From: a virus
Lineage: Duplodnaviria > Caudoviricetes
Direction: 5' to 3' (one strand)
Virus record (IMG/VR): IMGVR_UViG_3300002220_003476
Span: 1-64,000 of that record
Length of the DNA stretch: 64,000 bases
The notes under the pieces are model-generated. The model made no database searches. It saw only the letters and a list, made by a program, of their open reading frames with translations, and was not told where the DNA came from. Position 1 is the first letter of the stretch. Each line of letters opens with the position of its first letter. A program made the translations under genes and the position numbers. Positions 28,016 to 36,281 of this stretch are shown here, piece after piece.

Positions 28016-28557
28016 AAGTATTAGCTGCGTGTGAGTTTTCTGGAGTAGTTAGAGATACTTTTTTAAAACGTGGACATGAAGCATATTCTTGTGATATACT
28101 TCCAGGAAATCATAAAAATCATATTCAAGATGATATATTAAAAATTTTATTCGATGATTGGGATTTAGTTATAGCATGTCCACCTTGTACTCATTTAGCT
28201 GTTTCTGGTGCCAGACATTTTGAAGAAAAAAGAAAAGATGGCAGACAACAAGAAGGCATAGACTTCTTTCTTCAATTTACTAAGCTTACATGTAAATGGT
28301 GTATTGAAAATCCAGTTGGTATTATGTCAACGGTTTATAGAAAACCAGATCAGCTTATTCAACCTTGGCAGTTTGGTCATGGAGAGTGCAAGAGAACTTG
28401 TTTATGGCTTCATAAATTGCCTCTATTAAAACCTACAAATATTGTCGAAGGCAGAGAACAAAGGATTTGGAAAATGTCACCATCAAAAGATAGAGGTCAC
28501 CTAAGATCAATTTTTTATAGCGGTATTGCAGAAGCAATGAGCCTACAATGGGGATAA
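28012..28557 (+). CDS. short phage-type DNA cytosine methyltransferase
   Basis: VLAACEFSG, SCDI, PPCT and IENP motifs. Confidence 0.8.
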   Translation: MKVLAACEFSGVVRDTFLKRGHEAYSCDILPGNHKNHIQDDILKILFDDWDLVIACPPCTHLAVSGARHFEEKRKDGRQQEGIDFFLQFTKLTCKWCIENPVGIMSTVYRKPDQLIQPWQFGHGECKRTCLWLHKLPLLKPTNIVEGREQRIWKMSPSKDRGHLRSIFYSGIAEAMSLQWG

Positions 28558-28558
28558 T

Positions 28559-29317
28559 ATGTTTATATATGCTGTATCTGGTGATAACTCTATTGAAGAA
28601 GTAAATGTGTCAATAAAGTATCTCAAAAAATATACAAAAAAAGATATACTTATTATTTATCGTAATTCTAATATTAAGATAGACCATGATAATTTTGTAG
28701 AATTTCCTCTAGAGTTTGCTAAATATAATCTATCAAATAGAGAAGCGGCGATTTTATTAAAAACATCAGTTTGTAATTTTACTAATGTTAAATCAGTGTA
28801 TTTAGATAGTGATATAGTTGCAACACGAGATGTGGACTCAATTTTTAGTTATAATCCAGATCCTATCCTATTTTGTAATGACCATAGTAATGTTGACTAT
28901 TTTAGTAGATGTTCCGTAAAAAATGGACATCTAGTAGACCACCTAAAAAAAGATTTTAATGTAGAAGTGAATAAAGATTACATTCAAGCTAATGGTGGTT
29001 TATTTCTTTTTGATAAGTGTAGTATAGAATTTTTAAGACAATGGCACACAAATTGTTTAAAAGTATTTAGTTTAGATTCTTGGGTAACTAGAGATCAAGG
29101 GGCTTTGATAGCGACAATGTTTCAAATGAGACTACAAAATTCACCAAGGTTACCTTCTGTATATAATTATTTAATAAGCGACCACAGTTTTCACGACTTT
29201 GCAAGATCTTGTCTACTTATACAGTCTAAAATACACCCTTTCTTTCTTCATTTTCTTGAGAATTCTTTCAATAACAAAGATAGTAATATATGGCAGATCT
29301 GTACGAAAAACATATAA
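28559..29317 (+). CDS. glycosyltransferase, GT8-like
   Basis: LKT, YLDSD (DxD), NGGLF, DQGAL. Confidence 0.7.
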   Translation: MFIYAVSGDNSIEEVNVSIKYLKKYTKKDILIIYRNSNIKIDHDNFVEFPLEFAKYNLSNREAAILLKTSVCNFTNVKSVYLDSDIVATRDVDSIFSYNPDPILFCNDHSNVDYFSRCSVKNGHLVDHLKKDFNVEVNKDYIQANGGLFLFDKCSIEFLRQWHTNCLKVFSLDSWVTRDQGALIATMFQMRLQNSPRLPSVYNYLISDHSFHDFARSCLLIQSKIHPFFLHFLENSFNNKDSNIWQICTKNI

Positions 29318-30108
29318 TTGCTTACGCAAAAGATCCATTAATTAGATTTCAAGCTAGTAGCGGAGGTTTTTGTAAAGTTTTTCTACAATATTTAATAGAA
29401 CAAAATATAGTAGACAAAGTTATATTTACTAGAATGGAAGAGAATGGGTCAAATCCTATGTCTCTAATATCTAATGATGTCGATAAAATTCTTACTCGTA
29501 CAAATAGTATATACCAATATCATAATCAGATAAAAATATTAGACAGCATTAACGAAGAAGAAAGATATGTATTTATTGGATTACCATGCTTTGTAAGGTA
29601 TATTCGTACTCAACAAATAAAGTATAATAGATATAAAAATATTCAACTATTGATAAGTATACTATGTAATCAAGCTCCGTCTCCATCTTTTAAAGAGTCA
29701 ATTTGTAAAGATAATAATATAGATATACCGCAAATATCAGAGATAGACTATAGACATGGAGTATATCCTGGTAAAATAAAATTTTCACTTAAAGATAATT
29801 CTAGTATTATTCTTTCGTTTAAAGAAACTTGGGTAAAATATAATTACCCAAATCTTCAATTCATACCAATGTGTTGTTTAAATTGTGAATTGTTTGAGAG
29901 TACATTTGCAGATATTGTTGTTGGAGACCCTTGGTTAACTGATTACGATAAATCTAAACTAGGATGGACAAAAGTTATAGTAAGAAATAAAGAAAGTATG
30001 AATTTAATAGAACAAAGTAAAAAATACATCTACTTTGAAGAGTTAAAAAATACAGTATTAGCATATAAACACACTAAACAAGATAAATATAAAAAATATT
30101 ATGCGTAA
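29290..30108 (+). CDS. coenzyme F420 hydrogenase beta subunit (FrhB)-like protein
   Basis: ASSGG, FIGLPC, CLNC...ADIVVGDPW...GWT. Confidence 0.8.
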   Translation: MADLYEKHIIAYAKDPLIRFQASSGGFCKVFLQYLIEQNIVDKVIFTRMEENGSNPMSLISNDVDKILTRTNSIYQYHNQIKILDSINEEERYVFIGLPCFVRYIRTQQIKYNRYKNIQLLISILCNQAPSPSFKESICKDNNIDIPQISEIDYRHGVYPGKIKFSLKDNSSIILSFKETWVKYNYPNLQFIPMCCLNCELFESTFADIVVGDPWLTDYDKSKLGWTKVIVRNKESMNLIEQSKKYIYFEELKNTVLAYKHTKQDKYKKYYA

Positions 30109-30985
30109 ATTAATAATACCTCCAGCACCAGATTCACCAGGAAGTTTAGGAGATCAAGCAATATTATTAGTTGTAAGAGACGGTGACTCTACACTAGGGG
30201 TGCAAGACGTAACTCATCCATTTTGGAATAAATTGAGATATAATAGAAGGTATTCTATAAACCATTTAGAATATAGTCATTATGATGAAATTCATATTTA
30301 TCCAACAGATACTATTGACGGAGCATTTGGACCACATTGTATAGCCAATTTAAAAAAAATAACAGATATCTTTTTAGGAAAACCTATCTATCTTCACAGT
30401 TTTAGCTGGGGACCAAATCCTATAACAGAATCAATTAATTATATTAAACAGCTAAATGCTTCTTTTTCAGTAAGAGATCAGTATAGTTTTGATAGATTTA
30501 CAAAGATGTTCCCAAGTAAAAAGTTAATACTAGAAGAAGATCCAGCATTTTTACTTCCTACACAACAACCGAGAAATCCCGTCAATATACCAAATAAATC
30601 TATAGGAGTTTGTCCGACAGGTAATAGTAAAATTAACTATTTTGAAATAGTCAATCTTATTTTATCAAAAGGTTATAATCCTGTTGTGTTCCCTCATGAT
30701 TTAAGAGAGTCTACAAAAGACGTTGATCTAGCCACTCAGTTAAGCTCTCAATATAATTGTTTATTATTAGAGTCTAAAGACTCAAGAGAAATAAAATTTT
30801 ATATTAATCAGATGTCGATGTTAATTTCTGGAAGAATGCACGCTGCTATTGCCGCGTTATCTCTGAATGTTCCTGTGTATGCATTTGACTACAATAATAA
30901 GATGCACGGCGTGTTTAAAACAAGAAACAAGGAACACTTTATTATAAATCATATAGACGATATTAATTTTAATTATGCTAAATAA
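30101..30985 (+). CDS. polysaccharide pyruvyltransferase family protein
   Basis: SLGDQAI, SVRD..S, DPAF, SGRMHAAIAAL...P...Y..K. Confidence 0.85.
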   Translation: MRKLIIPPAPDSPGSLGDQAILLVVRDGDSTLGVQDVTHPFWNKLRYNRRYSINHLEYSHYDEIHIYPTDTIDGAFGPHCIANLKKITDIFLGKPIYLHSFSWGPNPITESINYIKQLNASFSVRDQYSFDRFTKMFPSKKLILEEDPAFLLPTQQPRNPVNIPNKSIGVCPTGNSKINYFEIVNLILSKGYNPVVFPHDLRESTKDVDLATQLSSQYNCLLLESKDSREIKFYINQMSMLISGRMHAAIAALSLNVPVYAFDYNNKMHGVFKTRNKEHFIINHIDDINFNYAK

Positions 30986-31877
30986 ATTTTACATACCAGA
31001 TCAACATAGATGGGACCATCATAGACATGGATGGAATTTTGTTGTTCAAGAATTACAAAAATATTCCAATAGAAATGGAATTTTGTTAGAAACAACATTT
31101 GATAATAAACACACATACGACTATCAACAATATAAAAATACACTACCAATTACTCAACCTTGGGTTGGATTTTTACATTTAACCCCTAATAAAGACTTAT
31201 CAATCGATTTTACTATATCTGAAGCGTTTAATCACCAACGATGTAAAGAATCGTTAGATAACTGTTTAGGATTATATACATTATCTAAATATTTAAAAAA
31301 TCATGTTGACAATTTTAATTTACCATTTCTTGTTGAGAATTTATATCTTCCAACAGATCTTAATATACATCAATTTAGACCAAAAGAAATACAAAACATA
31401 ATTCATCTTGGTCATCATAAAAGAAAATTTGAAAGCTTTGCTAGACTACAAACAAGTCTTAATAAGATAACGGTAGTAGCACACGATAGAGGGTGGAGTC
31501 TACTAAAATCTAGATTAAATGAAAAAGAAACAATACGACATAATTTATGTATCGGAATATCTAATCAACATTTAGATGAACTATTAATTTCCAATGTAGT
31601 TTTTGTAGACTTATTCGATTCAAGTGCTAATAATACAGTCGTTGAATGCATAGCGAGAAATACACCAATTTTAATTAATGATCATCCAGCAGTAAAAGAA
31701 TATCTAGGAGATGATTATCCCTTTTACTATTCTTCTCTAGAAGAAGCTTCTTTTAAGCTTAATGCAGAGTCTATTAATCAAGCATATGAATATCTAGTAA
31801 ACAAAGATAAAAATTTTCTAAGTATAGAATCGTTTATATCAGATATTCAAAAATCTAAAATTTATCAATCATTATGA
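30975..31877 (+). CDS. GT-B-like hypothetical protein
   Basis: HHRHGW N-motif; SANNTVVECIARNTPILIN...EYLG.DYP resembles a GT-B C-domain. Confidence 0.5.
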   Translation: MLNKFYIPDQHRWDHHRHGWNFVVQELQKYSNRNGILLETTFDNKHTYDYQQYKNTLPITQPWVGFLHLTPNKDLSIDFTISEAFNHQRCKESLDNCLGLYTLSKYLKNHVDNFNLPFLVENLYLPTDLNIHQFRPKEIQNIIHLGHHKRKFESFARLQTSLNKITVVAHDRGWSLLKSRLNEKETIRHNLCIGISNQHLDELLISNVVFVDLFDSSANNTVVECIARNTPILINDHPAVKEYLGDDYPFYYSSLEEASFKLNAESINQAYEYLVNKDKNFLSIESFISDIQKSKIYQSL

Positions 31878-32623
31878 CATATCACTTTGTTACAGAATCA
31901 GAACCTTATTGGATATTAGGTAATATATGTAAGAGTCTAAGCAAATATTTATCTGCTTCTATATCTTCTAATATAGATAATACTAAAGATGTGAACATTT
32001 TTGTAAACTACTGTGTTAATATGGATGGTTTTGATCAGTGTACATCTAAAAGACTATGTTTATTTACACACAGGGAGACAGATGTAAAATCAGACGAATG
32101 GGATTACACAGCAAGAGAGTGTGATTATTGTTTATGTCAATCTTCTCAATGGTTATCATATTTGCCTAATGAAAAAACAACACTCTTTAATATAGGATTA
32201 GATGATATATTCTATAAAAATAGTGATAAGCTTACTATAGGAGTTATTGGAAGAGAATATGATTATACAGATAGAAAGAATTATTCTCTTTTAAAAGAAA
32301 TAAAAAAAATAAACGGTGTAAAAATTAAATTTTCTGGAGGTAGATTATCTCTAAATGAACTAGATCAACTATATAATGATGTCGATATTATATTAGTCAC
32401 ATCAAAAATAGAGGGCGGTCCAATGTGTATTAAAGAAGCTATAGCCAAAAGAAAAATAGTGATATCATCTCCAGTTGGTTATGCGTTGGAATATCCTTGT
32501 ATCACTTACAACACTCAGCAAGAGTTGTTAAATATAATTAAAAGTTATATCATTCACGGTAATGAATGGTTGCATTCGGCAATTATGATTAAAGAAATAA
32601 CACAGAAAATTAAATATGACTAA
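31874..32623 (+). CDS. glycosyltransferase, GT4-like
   Basis: RKN, TSKIEGGPMCIKEAIA...ISSPVG. Confidence 0.75.
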   Translation: MTYHFVTESEPYWILGNICKSLSKYLSASISSNIDNTKDVNIFVNYCVNMDGFDQCTSKRLCLFTHRETDVKSDEWDYTARECDYCLCQSSQWLSYLPNEKTTLFNIGLDDIFYKNSDKLTIGVIGREYDYTDRKNYSLLKEIKKINGVKIKFSGGRLSLNELDQLYNDVDIILVTSKIEGGPMCIKEAIAKRKIVISSPVGYALEYPCITYNTQQELLNIIKSYIIHGNEWLHSAIMIKEITQKIKYD

Positions 32624-33443
32624 CGAAAATAATCAATATACAACAGACGCAGACTTTAATTTTCTCCTATTAATCAATTTTATTGAAGAACTCAAAAATA
32701 CCACATCTATTAAAAATAAGCAATCTATTATCAAAAAATATATTGTTGACGATTTTATAAGAAAAGTTTTATTTTATACATATAATTCATTTAAACAGTA
32801 TTACGTCACCAGTGATAATTGTAAAAAATTACTAGATAGAAATATTGAAGGAAAAAAATATACATCAGTATTTGATCTTCTAGACGATCTGTCTGATAGG
32901 GTTATTACTGGGCATGAAGCTGTTCATGCAGTTAATGAGCTTGCAAAAACTTATCCAGTTGTTTATGATATTGTAGACAAAGATTTAAAATGTCGAATTG
33001 GGGCGTCTCTAATCAATAAAGTGGTGAATTTAATTCCGACATTTGATGTGGCGTTAGCTAATGTTTATGAACCTAAACTAGTTAATATTTTAACTGATGA
33101 TTGGTATATATCACATAAAATTGACGGTTGTGTTGATTATGACACTTTAGTAGAATTTGAAGATGGAAAGAAAATTAAAATTGGAGAAGTTGTAGATAAT
33201 AAAATTCATGGCAATATAAAATCTTTTAATCATCAAACTAATAAAATAGAATATAAACCAATATTGAATTTTATGAAAAATATAGATGATATAAATGACT
33301 CATCAGACGAGTGGTTTGAAATAGAGTTAGATAATGGTAATAAATTACAAATTACTGGTAATGATACAGTATATCTTCCAGAGATAAATATTTATCGTCG
33401 TGTAGACCAATTACAAGGAAATGAATCTATTTATTTTGACTAA
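32616..33443 (+). CDS. ATP-dependent DNA ligase N-half fused to split intein N-part
   Basis: Ligase N-domain ending HKIDG (aa 1-171), then intein block A CVDYDTLVEFEDG. Confidence 0.9.
   Translation: MTNENNQYTTDADFNFLLLINFIEELKNTTSIKNKQSIIKKYIVDDFIRKVLFYTYNSFKQYYVTSDNCKKLLDRNIEGKKYTSVFDLLDDLSDRVITGHEAVHAVNELAKTYPVVYDIVDKDLKCRIGASLINKVVNLIPTFDVALANVYEPKLVNILTDDWYISHKIDGCVDYDTLVEFEDGKKIKIGEVVDNKIHGNIKSFNHQTNKIEYKPILNFMKNIDDINDSSDEWFEIELDNGNKLQITGNDTVYLPEINIYRRVDQLQGNESIYFD
33129..33440 (+). mobile_element. split intein N-part (104 aa)
   Basis: Cys1, HINT blocks A/B (block B ITGND), then stop codon. Confidence 0.88.
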
Positions 33444-33460
33444 AATAATATTATTTTCAT

Positions 33461-33682
33461 AATTTTCTGTCTATCTTGTAACTATCAGATTATATTATAC
33501 ATACTTGGTCTGGAGATTTAACAGCAGAAGAAATATGGTTTAAAGACTAGTCTAGAAAAAAATATTTAGAAAGCTTTGTATATAAAGTTTATATATTCTG
33601 GGAGTCTGAAATACGAACTAATATAAAAATAGTTGAAGAAAAAATATGCCAAATATTAAAATTAAAAATATTAAAAGAATAA
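33461..33682 (+). pseudogene. decayed Vsr-like (DUF559/EDxHD-type) homing endonuclease
   Basis: Frame reads SDYIIHTWSGDLTAEEIWFKD*SRKKYLESFVYKVYIFWESEI; TAG at 33548; no start codon. Confidence 0.65.
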
Positions 33683-33756
33683 ATAGTAGAACCAAATATG
33701 AACTACAAGTTAAAGATAATGAAAATTATTTTGCTAATGGTATTTTAAAACATAAT
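33646..33756 (+). mobile_element. split intein C-part (37 aa)
   Basis: KYELQVKDNENYFANGILKHN followed by +1 Cys. Confidence 0.9.
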
Positions 33757-34539
33757 TGTCGCTGTATAATCATTATCGACAAAAATGGACAATCAACATT
33801 TTGGTCTAGACAAGGAAAACAATTTGATACACTTCAAGTGGTAGAAAATTATATTAAGACGCTAGGTATACATTCTTATGTATTAGACTGTGAAGTATGT
33901 CTAGATAATAACGGTGATGACTTTCAAGGTATAATGAAAGAAATTCGTCGTAAAGATCATACGATAAAAAACCCCTCCTGTAAAATATTCGACTGTCTCA
34001 CCTTTGAAGAGTTCTCTTCACAAAAAAGCACCACGATTCTATCTGAAAGACTAAAAAGAATCGCACTCCCGGATAATCCAATACTATGTTTTCTTCTTCA
34101 AGAACAATATAAGTCTAAAGAAGTATTAGACAAATGGCTTAAAATAGCGGCCAATAACAATTGGGAAGGCTTGATATTAAGAAAAGATGCTCCGTATAAA
34201 GGTAAGCGTAGTAATGATTTACTGAAGGTAAAAAGTTTTATTGATGCAGAATATGTAGTAAAGGGAATTACTACTGGTCCAATGAGATATGTAGTTGACA
34301 ATAAAGAAGTTGAAGAAGAAATGTTAACATCAGTATTAATAAATCATAAAGGATATGAAGTTGGTGTTGGTAGTGGATTTTCTATCGACGAACGTAAAAA
34401 ATTCTTTAAAGACCAAAAACAAATTATTGGTAAAACAATATGTGTTCAATATTTCGAAGAAACACACAACCAAGATGGTGGAATATCATTAAGATTCCCA
34501 ACTGTTAAGTTTATATATGAAGGAAAAAGAAATGTATGA
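33646..34539 (+). CDS. split intein C-part fused to DNA ligase C-half
   Basis: 37-aa IntC ending ILKHN, then CRC; ligase motifs LDCE, WEGLILRK, LLKVK, VGSGF, LRFP. Confidence 0.9.
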   Translation: MPNIKIKNIKRINSRTKYELQVKDNENYFANGILKHNCRCIIIIDKNGQSTFWSRQGKQFDTLQVVENYIKTLGIHSYVLDCEVCLDNNGDDFQGIMKEIRRKDHTIKNPSCKIFDCLTFEEFSSQKSTTILSERLKRIALPDNPILCFLLQEQYKSKEVLDKWLKIAANNNWEGLILRKDAPYKGKRSNDLLKVKSFIDAEYVVKGITTGPMRYVVDNKEVEEEMLTSVLINHKGYEVGVGSGFSIDERKKFFKDQKQIIGKTICVQYFEETHNQDGGISLRFPTVKFIYEGKRNV

Positions 34540-34966
34540 ACAAATAGACAAATTTTATTCACGCGAACTAGATAATAGTTTTTTAAATATTAAATATAAA
34601 CATTATATAGATCTTGGTCTGGACACAAATATGTTAGTCTATGATACAGACACCTTATTGTTAACAAGAAATTTACTTTCATTAATGATAAAAACTGCAA
34701 ACGAATCTAAAAAAGATTTTGATTCTTTTTTTATTCAAAAAGAAGACTTTGAACATTTTTATAGAGTACACGTTGGAAGTGTTATTGATTCAACAAAAAA
34801 TCAATGTTCTATTTTCGGCAAAACGATTAAAACAATAACAGAAGAAGATTTACAAGATATTATAAAATATTTTACTAATCAAGGTGGTTTTTTTCTAACT
34901 GATTGTGATAGACTCCTATTAGGAGTAGACAAAGATTATGTTTTAATTGGAACTTATAAAAAATAA
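34517..34966 (+). CDS. hypothetical protein
   Basis: ORF. Confidence 0.5.
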   Translation: MKEKEMYEQIDKFYSRELDNSFLNIKYKHYIDLGLDTNMLVYDTDTLLLTRNLLSLMIKTANESKKDFDSFFIQKEDFEHFYRVHVGSVIDSTKNQCSIFGKTIKTITEEDLQDIIKYFTNQGGFFLTDCDRLLLGVDKDYVLIGTYKK

Positions 34967-34975
34967 CTTGGATAT

Positions 34976-35656
34976 ATGAAACTATTAACTAAATCATTTA
35001 AGACTGAAAAAAGCGATAATGCTAATTTAGGTTATCTACAATGTATACAATATTTAGCTCCACACAAGTTAAGTGGACATAACCTCTGCCCCAATGCAAG
35101 TCAAGGGTGTATTGACTCCTGTCTAAATACTTCAGGAAGAGGTCAGATGAATTCAGTACAGAAAGCAAGATTAAACCGCACGCTTTTCTTCTTTCAAGAC
35201 AGAATAAAATACAAAGAACAATTATTACAAGAAGTTCTCTCCTTTAAGAAGAAATGTATCAAACAAAATAAAAAGGCTGCAATTCGATTAAATGGAACAT
35301 CTGATCTAGACTGGCAGCGTTTATATCCTGAATTATTTGAAATCGATGATATTCAATGGTTCGATTATACAAAATCAAAATTGAGATATGAAAAATTTTT
35401 AGATGGACAACTACAAGAAAATTATCATTTAACATTTTCTTATGGTAAACCAGAAGATGAAGAATTTTGTGTACAAGTTTTGCGTAATGGTGGTAATGTT
35501 GCAGTAGTATTTCATAACAAAGCAAATAAATGGAAAAGATTTCAGTGTATTGATGGTGATGCTCACGATCTTAGATTTTTAGATAGTCGAGGAAAAGTGG
35601 TAGCATTACAAGCTAAAGGAAAAGCAAAACGTGATAATACAGGTTTTGTAGTTTAG
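34976..35656 (+). CDS. Gp88-like protein (Cys-cluster, phage-specific)
   Basis: LCPNASQGCIDSCL, RLNGTSD, FDYTK, DGDAHDLRFLD...AKGKAK.D..GFV. Confidence 0.75.
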   Translation: MKLLTKSFKTEKSDNANLGYLQCIQYLAPHKLSGHNLCPNASQGCIDSCLNTSGRGQMNSVQKARLNRTLFFFQDRIKYKEQLLQEVLSFKKKCIKQNKKAAIRLNGTSDLDWQRLYPELFEIDDIQWFDYTKSKLRYEKFLDGQLQENYHLTFSYGKPEDEEFCVQVLRNGGNVAVVFHNKANKWKRFQCIDGDAHDLRFLDSRGKVVALQAKGKAKRDNTGFVV

Positions 35657-35693
35657 GTGTATCAAAATTTTTAAATAAAGGTATATTAGAAGC

Positions 35694-36281
35694 ATGAGAC
35701 CTTCAAAAGATGAATATTTTTTACAAATAGCAAAAATAGTATCAATACGCAGCCACGATATTACTAAGCATGGCTGCGTAATTGTTTTAGATGACAAAAT
35801 AATAGCAACAGGTTATAACGGGTTTCCTAAAAACTTACAAGACGATAAGTTACCATTAACTAGACCAGAAAAATATAAATTCATCATTCATAGTGAAATA
35901 AACGCTATTTATAATTCTACACAACCACTAATAGGTGCAACAGCATACGTTACAGGAGAGTGTTGTTTTAACTGCTTTATGTCTTTGTATCAAGCTGGTA
36001 TAGAAAGAATTGTATGTTTAAATAAACATGGATCACATATCATTTCTAATGAAGACAGAGAGCACAAACAAATGTTAATAGATGCTGGTCTAAAATTAGA
36101 TGTTGTAGAAGATACATATATTTTAAAACAAAGTCTTTCAGAAGGCAAAAATATTGAATTTACGATTTCAAATCGCGATATACTTATGCAGATCGCTACC
36201 GAAGTATCAAAATCTTTGAAGGCAAAGGGTGTAGCTACTTCTGGTTTAGCAACAGGTGGAACAATTAATATAGTATTTTAA
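35694..36281 (+). CDS. dCMP deaminase
   Basis: GYNG, HSEINAI, ECCFNC zinc motifs. Confidence 0.88.
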   Translation: MRPSKDEYFLQIAKIVSIRSHDITKHGCVIVLDDKIIATGYNGFPKNLQDDKLPLTRPEKYKFIIHSEINAIYNSTQPLIGATAYVTGECCFNCFMSLYQAGIERIVCLNKHGSHIISNEDREHKQMLIDAGLKLDVVEDTYILKQSLSEGKNIEFTISNRDILMQIATEVSKSLKAKGVATSGLATGGTINIVF

